DNA from: Candidatus Latescibacterota bacterium
GTDB taxonomy: Bacteria > Latescibacterota > UBA2968 > UBA8231
DNA: 64,000 nt
Direction: 5' to 3'
Assembly: GCA_965204725.1 (NCBI GenBank)
Contig: OZ242005.1
Coordinates: forward strand, 4,640,001 to 4,704,000
Of this stretch, positions 1 through 9,944 are shown piece by piece; position 1 is the stretch's first letter, and every line of letters starts with the position of its first letter. A model generated the notes under the pieces. That model was given only the letters and a program-made list of their open reading frames with translations. It ran no database searches and had not been told where the DNA came from. The position numbers and the translations under genes were made by a program.

Positions 1-56
1 TAGGGCATTCCTGAAGGATTTTTTGTGCGTGATCGGCTCGTTGGGATGCAGATAGC
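1..56 (+). promoter_or_regulatory. Second copy of the 2739-2796 upstream element, with a degenerate sigma54-like -24/-12 site (42-56)
   Basis: 1-44 matches 2739-2783 with 3 mismatches and 1 gap; TGGGATGCAGATAGC keeps the GG-N10-GC spacing. Confidence 0.55.
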
Positions 57-99
57 CTCTGTCCATTCGTTATATCTCGTTGCATGTTTAGAAGCTATC

Positions 100-582
100 T
101 CATAAATACCGTAGCAGTATGAGGATGCATCCGAGTTGTACAAAGCCGAGGTAGTTTTCAGCATAGTATTCGTATCGAACCACGATGCGGCGGAAGTTAT
201 GCAACCAAGCAAACAGTCTTTCTATTTTCCAGCGTCTTTTGTAGCCCCGCAACCGCCGCCCGTCCTGGGTTTTGGCCTGCGTACGATTGCGGCGATGCGG
301 CGCGATCATCTCAATGCCTTGGTCGGCCAGGCTCGCATCCAATCGATCCGAGTCGTAGGCTCGGTCCCCGATGAGTCGTTGCGGTCGGGGCTGGACCCAT
401 CGGTTTTCCAGGGTGGCTTCTACGAGGGTGACTTCGTGCGGCGAAGCACTTTGGATGAGTACGGCGATAGGAAGACCAGCGCGGTCTGCCACTGCCATGA
501 GCTTCGTACCTTTGCCCCGCTTGGTCGGACCCACTTGGTCCCCCCTTTTTTCGCCGCGACAAACAGGCCATCGATGAAGCAT
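100..582 (-). CDS. IS5 transposase OrfB (DDE domain), probably expressed by -1 frameshift at A6G (545-551)
   Basis: [32 protein letters not shown] motifs; slippery AAAAAAG in the ORF overlap. Confidence 0.92.
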   Translation of the reverse strand: MLHRWPVCRGEKRGDQVGPTKRGKGTKLMAVADRAGLPIAVLIQSASPHEVTLVEATLENRWVQPRPQRLIGDRAYDSDRLDASLADQGIEMIAPHRRNRTQAKTQDGRRLRGYKRRWKIERLFAWLHNFRRIVVRYEYYAENYLGFVQLGCILILLRYL

Positions 583-869
583 TCGCTCACATCAAGGCCC
601 CCGCGCTCATGCAAGTCGTGCGCGAGGGTGCGCAGAATATGTTCAAAGGTGCCATCAGACGACCACTGTTGGAATCGACGATGGCAGGTCTGGTAGGACG
701 GATAGCGAGCAGGCAGGTCATGCCCAGGCGCCCCGGTGCGGAGAATCCACAGAATACCATTGAGCACCGCTCGGTTACAACGCCACGGACGACCCCGGCC
801 ATCGCGGCGTTTGGGACACGCCGGCAGCAGTGGGGACACTATCGACCACTGTTCGTCTGTAAGATCCAT
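420..869 (-). CDS. IS5 transposase OrfA (N-terminal part, DUF4096-like)
   Basis: MDLTDEQW...GRP...[30 protein letters not shown], typical IS5 N-terminus. Confidence 0.92.
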   Translation of the reverse strand: MDLTDEQWSIVSPLLPACPKRRDGRGRPWRCNRAVLNGILWILRTGAPGHDLPARYPSYQTCHRRFQQWSSDGTFEHILRTLAHDLHERGGLDVSECFIDGLFVAAKKGGTKWVRPSGAKVRSSWQWQTALVFLSPYSSKVLRRTKSPS

Positions 870-978
870 AAGAGATACCTCCGAAAGGGAATACCACTAA
901 CGTAGCACAGCCAGACTATTTATGAGATAGCTTCTAGACAAACATATATTCCATCCCCTATTTGCCGGAGGTCGTGTT

Positions 979-2556
979 ATGCTCGGTGTACGCCATTCCT
1001 CATCTCCTATTAGGTTGCGTCCTAGGCTCGTGCGTCCGACGAGGGGCTGTCTGGTGCTGTTGCTGCTGTTGCCTGTTGGGCTTTCGGGGCAAGAAACCCA
1101 GCAGGTGACCCTATATACGTCGGATGGCTCGCAGCAGCGGCTGATCAGTGCGCCGCTGGTGGTCGATGTGGGACTACCCAGCCCGATGGAGGCCCCTATC
1201 TCAGCGGTGATCGGCACGGGCACGGGTACGCGGCGGACGGAGGTGGAGGTCGTCGTCCGTGACAGCGCGGGTAGGCAATCCAGCTATGCGAAAGGAGGGG
1301 TTCGGGCCTTGGCGGCTGACATGTCGGGCAATGTGTGGGTGGGGACTTCAACGGGTCTGAGCCGGTTCGATGGCCAGCAGTGGATGACCTTCACGTACGA
1401 TCACATCCGCCTGGCCGTCCGCTCGCTGGCCGTGGATGGTCAGGGGCAGGTGTGGGTCGGAAATTGGGGGGATGTCACCCGGTTCGATGGCCAGCACTGG
1501 ACCTGCTATAAAGGACTATGGGGACACAGGATCGCGGTAGCACCGAATGGGGATGTGTGGTGTACCGGCACCGTCTACGGAAGTTCGGTTGGGTTCTCCC
1601 TGCTGGCGCGTTTCGACGGGCAGGCTTGGTGGACCTACGACTACGCCGATATGGGGGTCGTTGATAGCGAGCCTTGGTGGACCTACGCCATCGGCCTGCT
1701 GGAGCGTTTCGACGAGGAGGGTGGGTGGTGGAAAGAGGCCAATATTACACGGGGCTTTAGTAGCGTCCTCGTTACCGACATCGCGGTTGATCGATCCGGC
1801 ACACTCTGGGCGGTTCTTGAGTTTTACAAGCCTAGGGGCACCTCTGGGGAATATATATGGAGTAGCCTGCTCTCCTTTGATGGGACGCGGTGGACATCGT
1901 ACTTGGGCAGTTTCGGGAATATCTTCTCTGACAGCCAAGGTCGCGTTTGGTTGGATTGTGGGGTATTGAGTGTCAAGGACGGTTGGACGTGGGGATTGTG
2001 TTTCAAGGAGGGTTCGACGTGGAGGTATTACAAAGGTTTGAATCTTTATAATTGGGGGGCTGCCAGGAGCCGCCTGTGGGCGAGGAAAGGAGAGTATTTT
2101 GGCATGCTGGAGGGGACCACTTGGACCGGGTTCTCTTGGGAGGAGTTCCGAGTTGAGCATGCCCCGGTCTTCGACAGTCGGGGTGATCTGTGGATTCCCG
2201 CACGCGATGGCCTGTACCGATGGCACCGTCCCGATCTACCTACGGCGATTGCATCCTCGTCTATGTCCGGTGCGCCGCGCTCGTTCCACCTAGCACAGAA
2301 TTATCCCAACCCCTTCAATCACGCCACGCACATCGGCTTTACCCTCCAACAGCCATCGGCGATGTCGCTGCAAGTGTTCAACACCCACGGCCAGTTGGTG
2401 GCCACCTTGGTAGAAGGCATGCGGCAGGCGGGGACCTATCAGGCTGCTTGGGACGGGCGCGATGCTCACGGCCAAGCTGTCAGCAGTGGGGTGTATATTG
2501 TGCGGCTGGACGCTGAAGGGCGGCAGGCTACTCGCAAGATGCTGCTGATTCAATAA
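979..2556 (+). CDS. Secreted beta-propeller (Reg_prop-like repeats) protein with C-terminal FlgD-Ig/T9SS type A sorting domain
   Basis: Hydrophobic signal segment; repeated D..G.VWVG...RFDG..W blades; C-terminal LAQNYPNPFN...WDGRD..G..VSSGVY...RKMLL; true start may lie slightly downstream. Confidence 0.85.
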   Translation: MLGVRHSSSPIRLRPRLVRPTRGCLVLLLLLPVGLSGQETQQVTLYTSDGSQQRLISAPLVVDVGLPSPMEAPISAVIGTGTGTRRTEVEVVVRDSAGRQSSYAKGGVRALAADMSGNVWVGTSTGLSRFDGQQWMTFTYDHIRLAVRSLAVDGQGQVWVGNWGDVTRFDGQHWTCYKGLWGHRIAVAPNGDVWCTGTVYGSSVGFSLLARFDGQAWWTYDYADMGVVDSEPWWTYAIGLLERFDEEGGWWKEANITRGFSSVLVTDIAVDRSGTLWAVLEFYKPRGTSGEYIWSSLLSFDGTRWTSYLGSFGNIFSDSQGRVWLDCGVLSVKDGWTWGLCFKEGSTWRYYKGLNLYNWGAARSRLWARKGEYFGMLEGTTWTGFSWEEFRVEHAPVFDSRGDLWIPARDGLYRWHRPDLPTAIASSSMSGAPRSFHLAQNYPNPFNHATHIGFTLQQPSAMSLQVFNTHGQLVATLVEGMRQAGTYQAAWDGRDAHGQAVSSGVYIVRLDAEGRQATRKMLLIQ

Positions 2557-2603
2557 AGTGTTGCCTTGGCCTTAGCAGCTTGAGCGGCGTGGTTCCGACG
2601 ACC

Positions 2604-2662
2604 AAAAAGTTGTTCACATAAAGAAAAAGCTGCCCAACATGACCAAAAAGCTATCCAACATG
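2604..2662 (+). repeat. Three phased direct repeats (AAAAAG(C/T)T...ACAT), candidate enhancer sites
   Basis: Copies start at 2604, 2624 and 2645 (20-21 bp period), about 120-180 bp upstream of the sigma54-like site. Confidence 0.6.
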
Positions 2663-2780
2663 GTGAGCAACAACGGCTGATCTGCTAAGTGTAGAAAAGT
2701 TCCTTTTACATTTTTTAAGTTCATGTTTTTCAATCCTTTAGGGTAATCCTGAAGGATTTTTTTGTGCGTGGTCGGCTCGT

Positions 2781-2796
2781 TGGCACGAAATGTGCT
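2781..2796 (+). promoter_or_regulatory. Sigma54 (-24/-12) promoter
   Basis: TGGCACGAAATGTGCT vs consensus TGGCACG-N4-TTGCW (one mismatch), preceded by an AT-tract region. Confidence 0.7.
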
Positions 2797-2944
2797 TATA
2801 GCTGATTGAAGTCGAAGCCGATGCAGGAAAGGAGGCCGCGCTCGGTATTCGGTATATTGATCATTCCGCACCACTCACATTCCGTCTCTGTCTGGCCGCT
2901 CGCCGATGGAACGGATTTCTCATCTCTCACGGAGGAGACGTATC

Positions 2945-3754
2945 ATGAAAATGAAGAAGATTCGCTTGCTCTTGGTAGTGCTGCTCGGCTTGAGCCGGGT
3001 GCTGCCAGCCGACGCCACGGACGACGAGGCGTCGGATTACCTGCCGCTGGCCGTGGGCAACTCGTGGACCTACGGCCACGATTACTATGACCTATTCAAT
3101 CATTTGGATGCGGTTCAGTGGTATCCCGCGTACTATAGATCTTCGACCCTCGATGAATCTACCCAACTTCCCAAGTTCACCATCACGGTGCAGGGCACAG
3201 AGGTCATTGATGGCAAGACGTATTACGTGCTCAGCGATATGCCCGCCTATTGGCCGCCAGCCCCCCCGCACTTCATCGCCGGCAAGAAGCTACGCTGGGC
3301 GGGTACGCACCTGATGGAACGCACCGCCGATGGCGAGCAGGCCATCTTTCGCTTTGACGGGACCACCGACGATTATAGCCAGACCGATTCCTTCTATGGA
3401 GGATATCTGAATTTCCGCTTTGAGGAATCGAAGGTGTACAGGACCGAATACGCCATCCCAACGACGGAGGGAGACAACCGGGTCGAAGTGGAAGCGGGTC
3501 TGAAACCGGTACCGTGGTATGTGTTCCAGTTTTATGGCAACGATGCAGGGGGGCGTGCGTGCGGCTTTCTTGCAGGCTACGGTTGCAATCTGTGCGGATG
3601 GGGGACATTCGGCTCCGATTTTCTCTCGTTCTTCAACGAACTGACCCCTCTCCGAGCGGTTATCGACGGCACTTCGGTGGAATTTGACGATGCGTTAGTT
3701 CCTACGAACATCTCGTCGTCGTCTTGGGGCCAAGTCAAGAAGGAGGTTCACTGA
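2945..3754 (+). CDS. Secreted hypothetical protein with C-terminal SSWGQVK tail
   Basis: RBS GGAGGAG at 2931-2937; signal peptide MKMKKIRLLLVVLLGL; YLPLAVGNSWTY N-terminal motif; stop overlaps the next ATG (TGATG). Confidence 0.8.
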   Translation: MKMKKIRLLLVVLLGLSRVLPADATDDEASDYLPLAVGNSWTYGHDYYDLFNHLDAVQWYPAYYRSSTLDESTQLPKFTITVQGTEVIDGKTYYVLSDMPAYWPPAPPHFIAGKKLRWAGTHLMERTADGEQAIFRFDGTTDDYSQTDSFYGGYLNFRFEESKVYRTEYAIPTTEGDNRVEVEAGLKPVPWYVFQFYGNDAGGRACGFLAGYGCNLCGWGTFGSDFLSFFNELTPLRAVIDGTSVEFDDALVPTNISSSSWGQVKKEVH

Positions 3755-6700
3755 TGTACAATAGATACGTATTGCTCGCTATCCTCTTGATACAGACGCT
3801 CGGTGCGTCTGAGGTCGGTGCTCGCGGTTCGGCGATTACGGGTCGGGCGTCTCTTCGTGCGGACACGACATATCCCTGTACGCTGGATGTGGTGTTGGTC
3901 ACCTTCCAAAATGCGACAGTGCGCGTGGGCAACTTCGACTATCACCTCCATGACCGGCCCCACGGCTCCAACGACGACGGGACGTATCCTGACCCTGATA
4001 CTAGTTACACGTTGCGCGATTTTGAACGGCTGTTCAGCGGCGGCTACGGTCGCTTGGAGAATTTGCCTCTTGTCGGCGACACGGTCACGGTGGGCAATCG
4101 GGAGGCTAACCGCGAGACGCTGAAGGAAGTGTTCGGCAGTGTGCGGGCGTATTACGACTCGGTGTCCAATGGGGCGTTCCAACTGCACGTGCGCATGATC
4201 AATCCGGCCGATGACAACGGATTCCCTCGCTGGGTCGAACTGCCGCAAACCAAGGCCCGTTATGACAGGACCAACTTGACGATAGGTGAGCACCGATTCT
4301 GGCGAGACGCGTATGCGGCGGCGTGGGATTCGGTGCGCTGCTGGAATTCGGATCCGAATCTATTCCCTCCGGATCCTCCTAACTGCGGGGCGTCGGTAGA
4401 AGGATACGCCATCGATGACCTCCCCAATAACTCTTACAATACTGATCGCCGCTTACGTCGTAAAGTGGTTTACCTGTATTCCGGGACGACCTATCACAAC
4501 TACGGCCTGCTACATCCGCATGCGGATAGGACTACACTGCCCAACCCAAGTCCAAGGTTTCCCACAGATGTCGGCTACCGCTATGTCATGGGTGAGCGTC
4601 AAGGCTGGGGCAACAACGACGATGACATTGACGAGTTCGCCGGTATCGGCATGCACGCCCATGAAATCGGCCATCTGCTGGGCCTCCATCACGGGGACGG
4701 CCTGTGGACTGATCCCGATAATCAGTATGTTGATGGCGCACAAGAATATAACAATGATGGTGGTGCCAACATGCTGGGGTGGACGTTGATGCAAGGCGGG
4801 GGCGAACAGGGGCCGGCATTAGAAGACACCAATAACGATGAGGGTGAGCGATTAGTAGGTTACCGCTCGTGCCCCAATCCGATCAATCCCTTTTACCTGA
4901 TGGACCTCGGCTGGATCAATCCGCCCACGATTAGTGGGAGTCAGGATAATTACGCCATCGCGGCTGGGACGACCCATCGGATTGACCGCGGCGGGGTTTC
5001 CTATTTACTCAATCGCCGCACGACTCAGCCGTTTGGCGGGCGCTACCTCGCGTTCTACGACTACGCCGCCGAAGACAGCGAAGATCAGGGTCTGATGATT
5101 TGGCGGCGAGAGATTAACGGGGAAGAGCGGCCGATTCTGATCGTCGCCGACGGAAGGCGTTACCGAGACGCTCGGCCGGGGTATCCCCGGAGGGAATACT
5201 TTGACATGCTCTCCGACCCGTTCCCGGGCAGGGAGAACATCACGGCGGTTGATGCTCTGTCAGACTCAGTAGGTCTGCGCCAAAAAACCTATCCTAGCAT
5301 TGACAGGAATAGACAACCTCGCGGCGAGAACGTGGACCCGGGCCGCTTGAACTTGGCACTTACCGACATAACCTACAATAGCACCACCGATGTGATAACG
5401 GTGGACATCTACATGGCCCCTCCGACTACCCCGACCGGTCTGACGGCGGCAACCCAAAACGGGCAGGTGACGTTGAGTTGGCGGCCTCTGTCCTACTCTG
5501 GTCCCCCGCCTAGCTACGAGTACCGACAGAGCATCGATAGGGGCACCAATTGGGGAGAGGAGATACAGGTAGATGCCAATGCGTGTAGCCAGACGGTGTG
5601 CAGTCAGACGATAAGCGGGCTGACCAATAGTACGGACAACGCTTTCGCGGTACGGGCAGTCAACCCCGTAGGTTCCAGCGACTGGGTAAGCATACGCCCC
5701 TTGGTGCTGGCAGGCTCGACCGCGATAGAGGGTTTTTCCGAGGTCGTCTCGCCCGAGCCCGGCCGTCGCACGGTGGCTAACTACACGGCGACCGATCCGG
5801 AGGGCGGCTCGATTACGTGGTCCTTGGGGGGTACGGACGCGGCGGATTTCCTCCTGAGTCCGAACGGTCAGTTGACCTTTCGGACGGGTCCAGACTTTGA
5901 GGCCCCGACGGACCAAGATACCGACAATATCTACCAAGTGACCGTGCAGGCCAGTGCCGGGCAGCAGTCGGCGGCGCTAGACGTGACCGTGACCGTGACG
6001 AATGCGAATGATCCCGGCGTATTGTCGCTGGGTACATCCCCGCCGCAGGTGGGGGTGCCGTTGACAGCCGAACTGACCGACCCAGATGGGGGGGTGAAGC
6101 ACCTAAGCTGGCAATGGCATGGACAGCAACCGCCTACGACGGTGTGGCGATCTCTTATGGAGGAGGGGTCGGACAACTCGTCTGCGAGCTATACGCCGAA
6201 GGCCGAGCAGGTGGGCTGGGCGCTGCGAGCAATGGTCAAGTCCTATCACGACGCACTCGGCGGGAACAGTACTGTTACGAGCACGACGACCGATCCGGTG
6301 CGAGCCGGGGTGCCGGGTGCGCCACCGAATTTTATACCCTCGCCGGGGGATGGTCGCGTGGTCTTGGGGTGGGATGCGGCTTCGACCAATGGCTCGCCCA
6401 TCACTCGCTATGACGTTCAATGGCGGGTGGCCAATTCGGGGCACGGCTGGCCGGGTTGGTCCCCTGTGTTGGGCGGCGGCACTGCCCGCGATAGTACGGT
6501 TACAGGACTGACCAATGGGGTGCTCTACGAGTTCGCGGTGCGAGCGGTCAACAGCGCTGGCGGGGGTCCGTCGGCCTCGCAATCAACGATACCGCAGGCG
6601 CCGCCGCAGAATTGGTCCGGGACCGCATCGTTTGGGGCCGTGTCGTACCAAGCGACCGAAGGGGGTGCTAGCGCGTCCATCACGGTGTCGCTGTCGCCAG

Positions 6701-9587
6701 CACCCGCGCAGACCTTGCACATTCCGGTGGTGGTGTCGGCGGATGCGGGCACTGAGGCGGGCGACTACGCGGTGGCGAATCTGACGGATGGAACGGTGTG
6801 GTTGTCGTTTGCCGCTGGCACATCGTCGCAGTCGTTTACCCTGACGGCCAACGAGGACACCGATATTGCCGACGAGACCGTGACGCTGTCGTTTGGGAGT
6901 CTGGTTTCGGGAGTGGCCGTCGGTACGACGCGACAGGCGACGGTGACGCTGCTCGACAACGATACCGATCTCATGCCGACGTTCGCCTCGTTGGGCACTT
7001 CCAGAGCCGCGGTTGCGGGCCAGTATTTTAGTTTTACTCGTCCGTCGGCCAGCGGCGGCAATGCCCCTTTGAGCTACTCGGCCAGCGGTGCCTGCTCTGG
7101 CCTAGCGATTAGGGCCTCGTCGGCCAGCGGAGTCCCTAACTCAATCGGCCAATGTAGGATTACTTGGACGGTTACAGACTCCGATGGCGACACGGACACG
7201 TACTTGCTCCGAGTCGCGGTTGTCGCCGACACCGAGCCTACGTTTGCCTCGTCGGGGGCTTCCAGATCCGTGATTGCAGGCCAGTCTCTCAGTTTTGCCC
7301 GTCCATCGGCCAGCGGTGGCAACGCCCCTTTGAGCTACTCGGTCAGCGGCACCTGTCCCGGCCTAACGGTTACGGCCTCTGAGGTCAGCGGGTCGCCCAC
7401 CACGGCAGGAGAGTATGCGATTACTTGGACGGTGCGCGATACGGATGGCGACACGGACACGTACTCGCTGCAAGTCGCGGTGGCCGCCGACACCTCTCCT
7501 GCGTTTGCCGCGTCGGGCGTCTCCAGATCCGTGATCGCGGGCCAGTCTTTCAGTTTTACTCGTCCATCGGCCAGCGGTGGCAATTTGCCCTTGACGTACT
7601 CGGTCAGCGGCAGTTGCGATGGCCTAACGGTTACGACCTCTGCGGTGAGTGGCTCGCCGAGGACGGCTGGACAGTGTGGGATTACTTGGACAGTACGGGA
7701 CACCGATGGCGACACGGACACGTACTCGCTGCAAGTCGCGGTGGCCGCCGACACCTCGCCTACGTTTGCCGCGTCGGGTGTCTCAGAGGGCGCGATTGTA
7801 GGTCAGCCTTTCAGTTTCAGCCGTCCGTCGGCTAGCGGCGGCAACTCGCCCTTGCGCTACTCGGTTAGCGGCAGTTGCGATGGCCTAACGGTTACGACCT
7901 CTGCGGTCAGCGGAACACCTAGCTCGACCGGGCAATGTGGAATTACTTGGACGGTGCGCGACACCGATGGCGACACGGACACGCACTCGCTGCAAATTTC
8001 CGTGGCCGCCGACACCTCGCCTACGTTTGCCTCGTCGGGTGCCTCAGCGGGCGCGATTGTGGGTCAGCCTTTCAGTTTCAGCCGTCCGTCGGCTAGCGGT
8101 GGCAACTCACCTTTGCGCTACTCGGTCAGCGGCAGTTGCGACGGCCTAACAGTTACGACCTCTGCGGTCAGCGGAAAGCCTACCACAGCAGGAGAGTATG
8201 CGATTACTGGACGGTGCGCGACTCCGATGGCGACACGGACACGTACTCGCTGCAAGTCACGGTTGCGGCTGACACCTCTCCTACGTTTGCTTCGTCAAGC
8301 ACCTCAGAGGACGCGATCGTAGGGGTGAATTTCAGTTTTACCCGTCCGTCCGCCAGTGGCGGCAACTCGCCCTTGCGCTACTCGGTCAGCGGCAGTTGCG
8401 ATGGCCTAACGGTTACGACCTCTGCGGTCAGTGGAACACCTAGCTCGACCGGGCAATGTGGAATTACTTGGACGGTGCGCGACACCGATGGCGACACGGA
8501 CACGCACTCGCTGCAAATTTCCGTGGCCGCCGACACTTCGCCTACATTTGCTTCGTCAAGCACTTCGAGGTCTGCGATCACGGGCCAGTCTTTCAGTTTT
8601 AGCCGTCCGTCGGCCAGCGATGGTAACTCGCCTCTGCGCTACTCGGTCAGCGGCAGTTGCGCTGGCCTCACAGTTACGACCTCGTCGGTCAGCGGGTCGC
8701 CGCGATCGGCCGGCCGATGTGGGATTACTTGGACGGTACGTGACACGGATGGCGACACGGATACGCACTCGCTGCAAATTTCCGTGGCCGCCGACACCTC
8801 GCCTACGTTTTCCTCGTCAGGCACTTCCCGGTCTGTGATCGCAGGCCAGTATTTCAGTTTTAGCCGTCCGTCGGCCAGCGGTGGTAATTCGCCTCTGCGC
8901 TACTCGGTCAGCGGCAGTTGCGCTGGCCTCACAGTTACGACCTCGTCGGTCAGCGGATCACCGCGGTCGGCCGGCCGATGTGGAATTAGCTGGACGGTGC
9001 GCGACACCGATGGCGACACGGATACGTACTCGTTGCAGATTTCCGTAGCCGCCGACACCTCGCCTACATTCGCCTCGTCGAGCACTTCGAGGTCTGCGAT
9101 CACGGGCCAGTATTTCAGTTTTAGCCGTCCGTCGGCCAGCGGTGGTAACTCGCCCTTGCGCTACTCGGTCAGCGGCAGTTGTGCTGGTCTAACGGTTACG
9201 ACCTCGTCGGTCAGCGGATCACCGCGGTCGGCCGGCCGATGTGGAATTAGCTGGACGGTGCGCGACACCGATGGCGACACGGATACGTACTCGTTGCAGA
9301 TTTCGGTTGCCGCCGATAGGTCCCCTACGTTTTCCTCATCGGGGGCGTCTAGGTCCGCGATTGTGGGTCGGTATTTCAGTTTCACCCGTCCATCGGCTAG
9401 GGGCGGCAACTCGCCTCTGCGCTACTCAGTCAGCGGCAGTTGCGCTGGCCTCACGGTTACGACCTCGTCGGTCAGCGGTTCGCCGCGGTCGGCCGGCCAA
9501 TGTGGGATTACTTGGACGGTACGCGACACCGATGGCGACACCGCCACGTACTCGCTGCAACTAAGCGTCCGTCAACTTGGGGCTTGA
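3754..9587 (+). pseudogene. Giant secreted M6-like zinc metalloprotease/adhesin (protease-Fn3-cadherin-Fn3-Calx-beta-10x putative Ig), frameshifted near 8208; ~1944 aa if restored
   Basis: HEIGHLLGLHH zinc motif, WTLM Met-turn-like segment, Fn3 (FAVRAVN), cadherin (PDFEAPTDQDTDNIYQVTV), Calx-beta-like segment; ORFs ending 8322 and 9587 are joined by restoring one T; could be a sequencing error. Confidence 0.85.
6976..9575 (+). repeat. Ten tandem 261-bp (87-aa) intragenic Ig-like (He_PIG-like) repeats
   Basis: Unit starts 6976, 7237, 7498, 7759, 8020, 8280, 8541, 8802, 9063, 9324; unit 5 is 260 bp. Confidence 0.95.
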
Positions 9588-9592
9588 ACTAA

Positions 9593-9633
9593 GCGGGCCG
9601 GCCCTCCACCGCGATGGTCGGCCCGCAAAAAAA
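9593..9633. terminator. GC-rich hairpin, probable terminator
   Basis: GCGGGCCGGCC...GGTCGGCCCGC followed by an A-run (U-tract on the minus strand). Confidence 0.55.
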
Positions 9634-9944
9634 CCGCTTGTCAACTGACGAAAGGAGGCTCGACAGCGGCTAGCGCATAAAGAGGCCGACGGCGCAGACG
9701 ATGTGTGCCGCCGGCCTCTTTATGTCATCTGGAGACTCCCGTCCTGTTCACACCCGCTCGCGCCATCCTATCTTGCTAACAGGTCGCAAGAAACCCGCAT
9801 CCCTCAAGGGCGTCTGATCCCGGAAGGACGAGCCGTTGCAAGGCGACCCTCTGAAATTTTCCCGTCAACAGTCTTTATCTTTATTATCTTGTCTCGGTTC
9901 CTACGTGCAGAAATTTCTGCGCTAAACCCAAGAGAGGTACGCCA

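Larger units (their letters stand above)
91..934 (-). mobile_element. IS5-family insertion sequence (IS427-like group), 844 bp, apparently intact
   Basis: Perfect 18-bp terminal inverted repeats GAAGCTATCTCATAAATA (91-108) and TATTTATGAGATAGCTTC (917-934), TA on both flanks (89-90, 935-936), two overlapping transposase ORFs inside. Confidence 0.95.

Noticed and set aside
6976-9575. CRISPR array or diversity-generating retroelement
   Set aside because: Repeats are 261-bp coding units without spacers; differences are not adenine-specific; no cas or reverse transcriptase gene in the window
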